From NCBI GenBank assembly GCA_035934535.1, contig DASYXS010000165.1, positions 36 through 64,035 of the forward strand: 64,000 bases of DNA. Reading direction: 5' to 3'. The notes beneath the pieces are model-generated. The model saw only the letters and a list, made by a program, of their open reading frames with translations. It had not been told where the DNA came from and ran no database searches. Shown here piece after piece: positions 17,600 to 25,536 of the stretch. Within the stretch, counting starts at the first letter, position 1, and each line of letters starts with the position of its first letter. Both the position numbers and the translations under genes were made by a program. This DNA comes from a bacterium (lineage in GTDB: Bacteria > Sysuimicrobiota > Sysuimicrobiia > Sysuimicrobiales > Segetimicrobiaceae).

Positions 17600-19099
17600 A
17601 TGCGCGCTACTGACCTAGTGGCCGCCTTGGCCGCGGAGGACGGCGGGGCGGCGCCGGCTGTCTCTGTGCTCGGGGACAAAGGCCGCGAGTTCGGCGGGCT
17701 CGCGCACGACTCGCGCAGCGTCCGCCCCGGCGATCTGTTCGCCGCGATCCGCGGCTTCACGCAGGACGGCCATCGCTACGCGGCCGACGCGGTGCGGCGC
17801 GGTGCTGCGGTGCTCCTCGTCGATCATCCGCTCGTCGATCTTCCCGCGACGCAGGTCGTGGTGCCGGACACGCGCCGCGCGTTTGCGGCGGCCGCGGCCG
17901 CCTTCTACCGGCATCCCTCGCGCGAACTGAACTTGTGCGGGATCACCGGCACCAACGGCAAGACTACGACGACCTTTCTCGTCGACGCCATCCTTCGCGC
18001 GGCCGGCCGGCGCAGCGCCGTGATCGGCACGCTCGGCGTTCAGTCGGACGGCGCGCCGGTGGAGTTCCATGCGACCACGCCGACCACGCCCGAGGCGTCG
18101 GACCTGCAGCGGCTCCTGCGCGAGATGCGCGAAGCCGGCGTGCAGGACGTGACGATGGAGGTGACGTCGCACGCGCTCGAGCTGGACCGGGTCGCCGGAT
18201 GCCGGTTCGTCACCGCCGTCTTTACGAACCTGACGCAGGACCACCTCGATCTGCACGGCACGCTCGAGGCGTACCGCGACGCGAAGGCCCGGCTGTTCGC
18301 GATGGTGGAACCCGACGGCGTGTCCGTCGTCAACGCCGACGATCCGTACGGCGGCGCGATGGCGCGGGCCAGCCGCGCCCCGGTGTGGACGTACGGCATC
18401 GACCGGCCGGCGCGGTTTCGCGCGGAAGGGCTCGCGCTCTCGCCGCGCGGGGCGGGGATGACGGTGGTGTGGCCGGAGGGGCGCGTGCCGGTGGCCCTGC
18501 CGCTGCCCGGCCGCTTCAACGTCAGCAACGCGCTCGCCGCCTTCGCGGTCGGGCTCAGCCGCGGCGTACCGGCGGAGACGATCCGTGGTGTGCTCGAGTC
18601 GACGCCGGGCGTCCCCGGACGGTTCGAGCCCGTCGACGAGGGCCAGCCGTTCGCCGTCATCGTGGACTACGCGCACACTCCCGACAGTCTGGAGCAGGTC
18701 CTGCGGCTCGCCGCCGAGATCTCGCCGGGGCGGCGGATCGTCGTCTTCGGCTGCGGCGGCGACCGCGATCGTACGAAGCGGCCGATCATGGGACGGATCG
18801 GGACGACGCTCGCGGACTATGCCTTCTTCACCTCGGACAATCCGCGCGGCGAGGATCCCGAGGCGATCCTGCGCGAGATCGAAGCCGGCGTGCCCGGGGC
18901 CCGCAACTTCTCGAGCGAGGCGGACCGCCGGCTGGCGATCGAGCGGGCGATCGCGCTTGCCGGGCCCGGCGACGTCGTGGTGATCGCCGGCAAAGGGCAT
19001 GAGGCCTATCAGATCGTCGGCGACCACGTGATCGATTTCGACGACCGCGCGGTCGCCCGGGAGGTGCTGCGAGCGCGGTGCGCCGGGCAGCCGCCGTGA
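17600..19099 (+). CDS. murE: UDP-N-acetylmuramoyl-L-alanyl-D-glutamate--2,6-diaminopimelate ligase
   Basis: GGAGGA RBS at 17587-17592. Contains GITGTNGKTTT and the DNPR motif (meso-DAP specificity). Position in dcw supports the call. Confidence 0.92.
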   Translation: MRATDLVAALAAEDGGAAPAVSVLGDKGREFGGLAHDSRSVRPGDLFAAIRGFTQDGHRYAADAVRRGAAVLLVDHPLVDLPATQVVVPDTRRAFAAAAAAFYRHPSRELNLCGITGTNGKTTTTFLVDAILRAAGRRSAVIGTLGVQSDGAPVEFHATTPTTPEASDLQRLLREMREAGVQDVTMEVTSHALELDRVAGCRFVTAVFTNLTQDHLDLHGTLEAYRDAKARLFAMVEPDGVSVVNADDPYGGAMARASRAPVWTYGIDRPARFRAEGLALSPRGAGMTVVWPEGRVPVALPLPGRFNVSNALAAFAVGLSRGVPAETIRGVLESTPGVPGRFEPVDEGQPFAVIVDYAHTPDSLEQVLRLAAEISPGRRIVVFGCGGDRDRTKRPIMGRIGTTLADYAFFTSDNPRGEDPEAILREIEAGVPGARNFSSEADRRLAIERAIALAGPGDVVVIAGKGHEAYQIVGDHVIDFDDRAVAREVLRARCAGQPP

Positions 19100-20601
19100 T
19101 GCCGGTCTCGATCTCCGCCGCCGATGCCGCCCGGCTTGCGGGCGGCGCGGTCGTCCACGGTGATCCCGCGGCGTTCGTCTGCGGCGCCGCGGTCGACAGC
19201 CGGGCGGTCGAGCCCGGGATGCTGTTCGTCGCGCTGCGCGGCGAGCACGCCGACGGCCACCGGTTCGTCGGCGAGGCGCTGCGCCGCGGCGCCGGGGCGG
19301 CGCTGATCGCCGCCGGCGCCCCCGCCAGCGATGTCCCCCCTGCGGGCGCGGTGCTGATCCGGACGGCCGACACGCTGCTCGGGCTGCAGCGCCTCGGCCG
19401 GGGACTGCGGGACCGCCGGCCGCTCCGCGTCGTCGGCATCACCGGCAGCGTCGGCAAGACGTCGACCAAAGAGATGACGGCGCTCGTGCTCGCGGAGCGG
19501 TTCGAGACCGCGCGGTCGCCCGAGAACTGGAATACAGAGATCGGCATCCCGCTCGTGCTCGTCAACCTGCCCGCGGCCGCCTCGGTCGCCGTCCTCGAGC
19601 TGGCGATGCGGGGGCCCGGCCAGATTCGTGAGCTCGTGGAGATCGCCCACCCGCAGATCGGCGTCGTGACGGCGATCGGCGAGTCCCACATGGACTTCTT
19701 TGAGACCCGCGAGCAGCTTGCCGCCGCGAAAGGCGAGCTGATCGAAGGCCTGCCGCCGGACGGGGTCGCGGTGCTCAACGCCGACGACCCGCTGGCGCTG
19801 AGTCTGGCCGGCCGGGGACCGGCGCGCGTGATGACGTTCGGGTTCGGCGAGGCGGACGCCACGGCCCGGGGCGTCCGCATGCGGCCGGGGGAGGGCAGCG
19901 CGTTCGTCCTGCGGGTCGGGGGAGACGAGGCCCCGGCCGCGCTGGCCGTCCCGGGGCGGCACGCGATCCGCAACGCGCTCGCGGCCGCGGCGGTGGGGGC
20001 GGCGCTCGGCATCCCCGCGGCCGAGATCGCGCGCGGCCTCGGCCGCGCGCGCGCGATGCCGAAGCGCCTGGAGGTGCTGCGGCTCGGCGGGGCCGTCGTG
20101 ATCAACGACGTGTACAACAGCAGCCCGCGCTCGATGGAGGCCGCGCTCGACGTGATGGACGAGTTTGCGGGACGGCCGCGGATCGCGGTTCTCGGCGACA
20201 TGCGCGAGCTCGGCGCCCTCTCGATGGAGGTCCACCGTCGGGTCGGACGCGAGGTGGCGCGCCGGGGAATCGACACGCTGATCGCGCTCGGCCCCCTGGC
20301 GGCGGACCTGGCCGGGGCCGCCGGCGAGGCGGGACTGCCGTGCGTCGTGCGCACGATCGCTCCCGCGGAGGCGCTCGACGCGCTGCGGCGCGAGATCCGC
20401 CCCGGCGCCGTGGTGCTGGTGAAGGGCTCGCGGGCGCTGGCGATGGAGCAGATCGTCGACGCCCTCCGGCAGGAGGCCGCGAAGGCGGCCGGAGGTCCCG
20501 CGCAGACGGGGCAGGAGGCCGCGAAGGCGGCCGGAGGTCCCGCGCAGACGGGGCACGAAGCCCCGGCCGTGGACGCCGCGGCGGGCCACCATGTCAGCTG
20601 A
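19099..20601 (+). CDS. murF: UDP-N-acetylmuramoyl-tripeptide--D-alanyl-D-alanine ligase, with an extended repeat-derived C-terminal tail
   Basis: GTGATG junction with murE. Contains GITGSVGKTSTKE and the Mur ligase middle and C-terminal domains. A ~45-aa tail follows the conserved ALAMEQIV end. Confidence 0.9.
   Translation: MPVSISAADAARLAGGAVVHGDPAAFVCGAAVDSRAVEPGMLFVALRGEHADGHRFVGEALRRGAGAALIAAGAPASDVPPAGAVLIRTADTLLGLQRLGRGLRDRRPLRVVGITGSVGKTSTKEMTALVLAERFETARSPENWNTEIGIPLVLVNLPAAASVAVLELAMRGPGQIRELVEIAHPQIGVVTAIGESHMDFFETREQLAAAKGELIEGLPPDGVAVLNADDPLALSLAGRGPARVMTFGFGEADATARGVRMRPGEGSAFVLRVGGDEAPAALAVPGRHAIRNALAAAAVGAALGIPAAEIARGLGRARAMPKRLEVLRLGGAVVINDVYNSSPRSMEAALDVMDEFAGRPRIAVLGDMRELGALSMEVHRRVGREVARRGIDTLIALGPLAADLAGAAGEAGLPCVVRTIAPAEALDALRREIRPGAVVLVKGSRALAMEQIVDALRQEAAKAAGGPAQTGQEAAKAAGGPAQTGHEAPAVDAAAGHHVS
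20470..20553 (+). repeat. perfect 42-bp tandem duplication (2 units), in frame in the murF 3' tail
   Basis: CAGGAGGCCGCGAAGGCGGCCGGAGGTCCCGCGCAGACGGGG occurs at 20470-20511 and identically at 20512-20553. It encodes QEAAKAAGGPAQTG twice. Confidence 0.97.
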
Positions 20602-20606
20602 GCGGC
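20561..20606 (-). repeat. probable palindromic repeat family copy L (reverse orientation), supplying the last codons and stop of murF
   Basis: GGCCACCATGTCAGCTGAGCGG resembles the reverse complement of the ileS copy, GGCCACCATGTAAGTCAAGCCG. Both read AGHHVS in the same frame. The left half is gapped. Confidence 0.4.
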
Positions 20607-20613
20607 GCGCGGG

Positions 20614-21618
20614 ATGACGCCGGCGCTGGCCGCGGCGTGGATCCTCGCGTGCCTGGCGGTCGTCGCGTGCGGCCGGCCGTTCATCGCGTGGCTCGCGCGC
20701 GCCGGCGCTGCGCAGCGCGTTCGCGAGGACGCGATCGCGCGTAAGATGGCCCTCGATCCGTCCGCGGCCGCGCTGCACGCCGCGAAGGCCGGCACGCCGA
20801 CGATGGGCGGCCTGCTCGTCGTCGCCGCGCTGCTCGTCGCGGGCCTCGTAGCCGGCGCCTGGGCGGGGCGCCTCGGACCGGACCTCCTCGTTGGACTGGC
20901 CGCGGTCGCGGTGTTTGCCGCGATCGGCGCGCTCGACGACGCGCTCTCGCTCGCGCGCGGACGAAACCTGGGCCTGCGCGCGCGGGAAAAGTTCGCGCTG
21001 CAGATTCCCGCGGCCCTCGCGCTCGGCGTCTACGTGCTGCGCCAGCCTCACCTCGGCGGCACGCTCGAGATTCCCGGGACCGGGGCGCGGTGGGATCTCG
21101 GCTGGGGGTATCCCGTCTTCTGCCTGATCCTCGTCGTCGGCATGGTCAACGCGGTCAATCTCACCGACGGACTCGACGGGCTGGCGGCGGGCACCGTCGC
21201 GATCGGGGCGGGGGCGCTCGCGGTGCTCGCGGCCCGCGCCGGCGCCGGACCGGCGGCGGTGATCGCCGCCGCCACGGGCGGCGCCGCGCTCGGCTTTCTG
21301 TGGCACAACGCCTTCCCGGCCGCCGTGTTCATGGGCGACGTCGGGTCGATCGGGCTCGGCGCGGCGCTCGCCGTGGCTGGGGTACTGTCCAAGCGAGAGG
21401 TGTTGACGCTGATCGTCGGGGGCGTCGCGGTCGCGGAGGCCGTGTCGGTCATGCTGCAGGTGGCCTGGTTCAAGACCACCGGCGGCCGCCGGCTGTTTCG
21501 CATGAGTCCGCTTCACCACCATTTTGAGCTGGGCGGCTGGACCGAGACACAGACGGTCGTGCGCTTTTGGCTCTGCGGTGCGCTGCTGGCCGCGGTCGGC
21601 GTGGGGTTGCGGCCGTGA
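20614..21618 (+). CDS. mraY: phospho-N-acetylmuramoyl-pentapeptide transferase
   Basis: Multi-TM protein with the motifs VNAVNLTDGLDGLA and NAFPAAVFMGDVGS, and a HHHFE loop. Confidence 0.93.
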   Translation: MTPALAAAWILACLAVVACGRPFIAWLARAGAAQRVREDAIARKMALDPSAAALHAAKAGTPTMGGLLVVAALLVAGLVAGAWAGRLGPDLLVGLAAVAVFAAIGALDDALSLARGRNLGLRAREKFALQIPAALALGVYVLRQPHLGGTLEIPGTGARWDLGWGYPVFCLILVVGMVNAVNLTDGLDGLAAGTVAIGAGALAVLAARAGAGPAAVIAAATGGAALGFLWHNAFPAAVFMGDVGSIGLGAALAVAGVLSKREVLTLIVGGVAVAEAVSVMLQVAWFKTTGGRRLFRMSPLHHHFELGGWTETQTVVRFWLCGALLAAVGVGLRP

Positions 21619-23195
21619 TCGCCGGCGGACCGCCTGCCGGCGGACTCGCCGGCAACCATGACATCAGAGCCGACGTGGTCGCGCGCCTGCGCGGCCGCCG
21701 CATCCATGTTCTCGGCCTCTCCGGCACGGAGGGCTCAACCGTCGTCGACTTTCTCCTCGCGCACGGCATCACGACGATCACCGCGCACGATCTCGCCGGC
21801 CCCGACGCGTTTCCGGGCGCGTTCCGCCGCACGCATCAATGGATGACGCCCGACGAGCAGACCGCGGCGCTCGAGCGGCTCGCCCGCGCGCCGATCACGC
21901 GCTGCTTCGGCGACCGCTACCTCGACGGCATCGACGCCGCCGAGATCATCTACGTGACCCAGGCTTGGTTTCGGCACGCCGGGAACGAGCCGGTCCGCCG
22001 CGCCCGGGACCGGGGCGTGCCGCTCAGCAGCATGACGGCGCTGTTCTTCGAGACGGTTCCCTGTCCGATCGTGGGGGTCACCGGCACGAACGGTAAGTTC
22101 ACCGTCGTGCGCCTCGCCGCGATGATGCTGGCGCGGAGCGGCCGCGCGACGTTCGAGACCGGCAACGACCGTACGCACGTGCCGATTCTGTACCGGCTCG
22201 CCGAGGTCACGCCGGAGGCGGTGCTCGTGGTCGAGATCAGCAACCGCCAGCTGGTGGGGCTCGGGTACAGCCCGCACGTCGCGGTCGTGACGAACGTCGC
22301 CGCCCATCATCTCGACGACCACGGCTCGTTCGAAGCGTACGCCGAGACGAAGCGCGGGATTCTCGCCTACCAAGGCGCGGGCGATTGGGCGCTGCTCAAC
22401 GGCGACGATCCGGTCGCGCGGGGGTTCGCCGCGGGCGCGCGCGGCCGGGTGCTCTTCTCGAGCCGCACCCGGCCGATCGACGAGGGCGCGTGCGTCGTGG
22501 ACGGCCGGATCGTGCTGCGGCTCGACGGGCGGGAGGACGACCTGGCGGACGCGCACCTGCAGTCGCCGGGGACACACACCCTTGAGAACGCGCTGGCCGC
22601 CGCCCTGGCCGCGCGCGTTGCCGGCGCCGACGCGGGCGCGATCGGCGCCGTGCTGCGCGAGTTTCGCGGCCTGCCGCACCGCCTCGCCCTCATCGCCGAG
22701 GCCGGCGGCGTCCGGTACTATGAAGATTCGCTCGCGACCAACCCGGCCGCCGCGGCGGCCGCCGTGCGCGCGTTCGACGGCCCGCTCGTGCTGCTGGCCG
22801 GCGGTATGCGGCGCAACGCGTCGGCGCAGGACTTCGCGCCGGTCGCCGAAGCGCTCGCCGCGCGGACCGTGCGCGGCGTCGTTCTCTTCGGCACGATGGC
22901 GCCGCTGCTCGCCGAGGCGATCGCCGCCGCGGGGGTGACCGCGCCGGTGGTGCGGTGCACGACGCTCGACGAGGCGGTGCCCGCGGCGCGGGCGCTCGCG
23001 CAGCCGGGCGACGCCGTGAGTCTGTCGCCCTCGTGCGAGAGCTTCGACCAGTACCGGGACTACCGCCACCGGGCGGAGCACTACCAGGCGCTGGTCGAGG
23101 CGCTTGCCCGTGACGACGCGGAGGGCGCAGCCACCCGGCCGTCCGCGGGTTCCCGCGACGGCACCAACGCGACGGGAGGCCGCTCGTGGACCTGA
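21615..23195 (+). CDS. murD: UDP-N-acetylmuramoylalanine--D-glutamate ligase (long form, atypical motifs)
   Basis: GTGA overlap with mraY. Contains VTGTNGKFT (P-loop), AHHLDDHGSFEAY and LSPSCESFDQY. Position in dcw supports the call. Confidence 0.8.
   Translation: MIAGGPPAGGLAGNHDIRADVVARLRGRRIHVLGLSGTEGSTVVDFLLAHGITTITAHDLAGPDAFPGAFRRTHQWMTPDEQTAALERLARAPITRCFGDRYLDGIDAAEIIYVTQAWFRHAGNEPVRRARDRGVPLSSMTALFFETVPCPIVGVTGTNGKFTVVRLAAMMLARSGRATFETGNDRTHVPILYRLAEVTPEAVLVVEISNRQLVGLGYSPHVAVVTNVAAHHLDDHGSFEAYAETKRGILAYQGAGDWALLNGDDPVARGFAAGARGRVLFSSRTRPIDEGACVVDGRIVLRLDGREDDLADAHLQSPGTHTLENALAAALAARVAGADAGAIGAVLREFRGLPHRLALIAEAGGVRYYEDSLATNPAAAAAAVRAFDGPLVLLAGGMRRNASAQDFAPVAEALAARTVRGVVLFGTMAPLLAEAIAAAGVTAPVVRCTTLDEAVPAARALAQPGDAVSLSPSCESFDQYRDYRHRAEHYQALVEALARDDAEGAATRPSAGSRDGTNATGGRSWT
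21621..21672 (-). repeat. palindromic repeat family copy I (reverse orientation), in the murD 5' end
   Basis: CCTGCCGGCGGACTCGCCGGCAACCATGACATCAGAGCCG resembles the reverse complement of the ileS copy, CCTGCCGGCCGACAGGCGGCCGGCCACCATGTAAGTCAAGCCG. The spacing from CCATG to the terminal GCCG is identical. Confidence 0.5.
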
Positions 23196-24361
23196 TTCAC
23201 CGGCGCGGCGCCGCGTGGGGTCTCTTTACGATCGTCCTGCTGCTCACGTGCATCGGCATCGTGATGGTGTACAGCGCGAGTTCGGTCGCGGCGCAGGCGC
23301 AGTATCATGACGGCACCTGGTTCCTGAAGCGCCAGCTGTTGTATGAGCTGATCGGGCTCGCGGGCATGTCGGCGGCGTGGCGGATCCACTACGTGCGCCT
23401 CAGGCGCTTCACGTTTCCGCTGCTGCTCGGGACGCTCGTCAGCCTCGTGCTCGTGCTGATCCCCCACGTCGGCCGCGTGGCCGGCGGCGCGCGGCGGTGG
23501 ATCTCCTTCGGCGGTCCCCTCAACTTCCAGCCGGCCGAGCTGGCCAAGCTCGCGCTGATTCTCTACTTGGCGCACTTCCTCGCCAACCGCGGATCCCGGA
23601 CGCGCGAGTTCGGCGCCGGGATGATTCCGCCGCTCGTGGTGCTCGGCCTCGCGGCGCTGCCAATCTTAAAACAGCCCGACCTCGGCTCGGCGCTGATCCT
23701 CGTCATCATCACCTTCGTGATGCTCTTTGTGGGCGGCGCGCGGCTCACGCATCTCGCCGGCGTCGGGGCGCTCGCGGTGCCGGCGGTGCTCGGCGTCATT
23801 CTGCGCGCGGGCTACCGCAGCCAGCGCCTCCTGGCGTTCCTCCACCCGTGGCGTGATCCGCGCGGCAGCGGCTTCCACATCATCCAGTCGCTGCTCGCGA
23901 TCGGCTCCGGCGGCCTCGTCGGATTGGGGCTCGGGCACAGCCGGCAGAAGTTCTTCTATCTGCCGGAGCGCCACACCGACTTTATCTTCGCGATCATCGG
24001 CGAGGAACTCGGCCTCATCGGCAGCATCGTCGTGATCGTGCTGTTCGCCTTACTCGCGGTCTGGGGATACCGGATCGCGACGCGCTGTCCCGACCGATAC
24101 GGCGCGCTGCTCGTCTCCGGGCTCACGACGATGCTCGTCGGGCAAGCGGTCCTCAACATCGGCGTCGTCTCCGGGTCGTTGCCGATCACCGGAGTCCCGC
24201 TGCCGTTCATCAGCTTCGGCGGGTCGTCGCTCGTACTGAACGACATCGCCGTCGGCATCCTCTTGAACGTCTCCCAGTACGCGCGTCCCGAAGAGGAGGT
24301 CGTCACCTCGAAATCGCGGGGCGCGATCGTCCGCCGGCACTCCGCCTGGGCCCGCGGATGA
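23186..24361 (+). CDS. ftsW: SEDS-family peptidoglycan glycosyltransferase FtsW
   Basis: 10-TM SEDS protein with the motifs QPAELAKLALILYLA, FIFAIIGEELGLIG and PLPFISFGGSS. Confidence 0.92.
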   Translation: MDLIHRRGAAWGLFTIVLLLTCIGIVMVYSASSVAAQAQYHDGTWFLKRQLLYELIGLAGMSAAWRIHYVRLRRFTFPLLLGTLVSLVLVLIPHVGRVAGGARRWISFGGPLNFQPAELAKLALILYLAHFLANRGSRTREFGAGMIPPLVVLGLAALPILKQPDLGSALILVIITFVMLFVGGARLTHLAGVGALAVPAVLGVILRAGYRSQRLLAFLHPWRDPRGSGFHIIQSLLAIGSGGLVGLGLGHSRQKFFYLPERHTDFIFAIIGEELGLIGSIVVIVLFALLAVWGYRIATRCPDRYGALLVSGLTTMLVGQAVLNIGVVSGSLPITGVPLPFISFGGSSLVLNDIAVGILLNVSQYARPEEEVVTSKSRGAIVRRHSAWARG

Positions 24362-25536
24362 ACCTCGTGCTCGCCGGCGGCGGCACGGGCGGCCATGTCT
24401 ATCCCGCGCTGGCGCTCGCCGCCGCGCTGCGCCGCCGCGATCCCGCCGCGCGGGTGCTGTTCGTCGGCAGCGGGTCGGGCATGGAGGCGTCGCTCGTCCC
24501 GGCCGCCGGCGTCCCGTTTGCCGGCCTCATGGTGCGGCCGCCGCGCAGCCGCTCGCCGCTCCGCACGGCGGTGGCGCTCGGGACCGCGGCCGTGGGATTC
24601 GTGCAGTCCGCCGCGATCGTCGCCCGGTTCAGACCCGACGCCGTCGTCGCGACCGGGGGCATCGCCGCGGCGCCGCCGGTTCTCGCGGCGTGGGTCATGC
24701 GCGTCCCCGTCGTGCTGCTCGAGGGTAACGCCGCGCCGGGGCGCGCGAACGCCTTCCTGGCGCGGTTCGCCCGCGCCGTCGCGGTGACGTCGGACGACGC
24801 GTCGGCGCGCATCCCGGGGGGCCGGGCCCTCGTGACCGGTCTTCCGGTCCGCCCGGAGATCTACTCGACGCCGCGCACGGACGGGCTCGGCGCCTTCGGA
24901 TTGGATCCCGCGCGGCGGACGATTCTGGCGATCGGGGGGAGTCAGGGCGCGGCCCGCCTCAACGCCGCCGTGGATGAGATGGCGATGCATTTGGCGGGCC
25001 GGACAGATCTCCAGGTCCTGCATCAGACCGGCCGCGGCTGGCGCGCCGGCGGCACGGCGGATCCGCCGTCCGCTCCGCTCCCGGCAACGATGACACTGCA
25101 GCCGCCGGCCGCGCCGGGATTGGAGCCCGGCATCCGGCACGTGCGGGTGCCGTACCTCGAGCAGATCGGCCTGGCGTACGCGTGCGCCGATGTGGTGATC
25201 AGCCGCTGCGGCGCCACGGCGCTGGCCGAGATCACGGCGTGCGGACTGCCGGCCGTGCTCGTGCCGTACCGCTACGCGGCCGGGGGCCACCAGGCGGAGA
25301 ACGCGGCGCCGCTCGTCCGCGCCGGCGCGGCGTCGCTCGTCGCCGACGAGGCGATGGACGGAGAAACCTTGGCCCGCGAGGTGCTCGGAATCCTCGAGAC
25401 GCCCGGCCGCCGGGACGCGATGGCCGCGCGGTCCAGGGCGCTCGGCCGTCCCGACGCCGCGGACCGGGTCCTCGCCCTGCTGGAGCGGCTCCGCAGCGGC
25501 GCCCCGGCGGCCGTGTCGAAGGAATCCCACGCATGA
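24358..25536 (+). CDS. murG: UDP-N-acetylglucosamine--N-acetylmuramyl-(pentapeptide) pyrophosphoryl-undecaprenol GlcNAc transferase
   Basis: ATGA overlap with ftsW. Contains GGTGGHVYPALA and the C-terminal RCGATALAEI...GGHQAENA. An in-frame repeat copy lies inside. Confidence 0.92.
   Translation: MNLVLAGGGTGGHVYPALALAAALRRRDPAARVLFVGSGSGMEASLVPAAGVPFAGLMVRPPRSRSPLRTAVALGTAAVGFVQSAAIVARFRPDAVVATGGIAAAPPVLAAWVMRVPVVLLEGNAAPGRANAFLARFARAVAVTSDDASARIPGGRALVTGLPVRPEIYSTPRTDGLGAFGLDPARRTILAIGGSQGAARLNAAVDEMAMHLAGRTDLQVLHQTGRGWRAGGTADPPSAPLPATMTLQPPAAPGLEPGIRHVRVPYLEQIGLAYACADVVISRCGATALAEITACGLPAVLVPYRYAAGGHQAENAAPLVRAGAASLVADEAMDGETLAREVLGILETPGRRDAMAARSRALGRPDAADRVLALLERLRSGAPAAVSKESHA
25055..25107 (-). 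repeat. palindromic repeat family copy A (53-nt long variant), in frame inside murG
   Basis: Its reverse complement is 49/53 identical to 26950-27002. Within MurG it is translated as ...TADPPSAPLPATMTLQPP... Confidence 0.9.

Noticed and set aside
20470-20553. The 42-bp direct repeats, considered as a possible CRISPR array.
   Set aside because: There are only two units, directly adjacent with no spacers, in frame within murF. This is a tandem duplication and not a CRISPR. No CRISPR-like repeat-spacer structure exists anywhere in the window.
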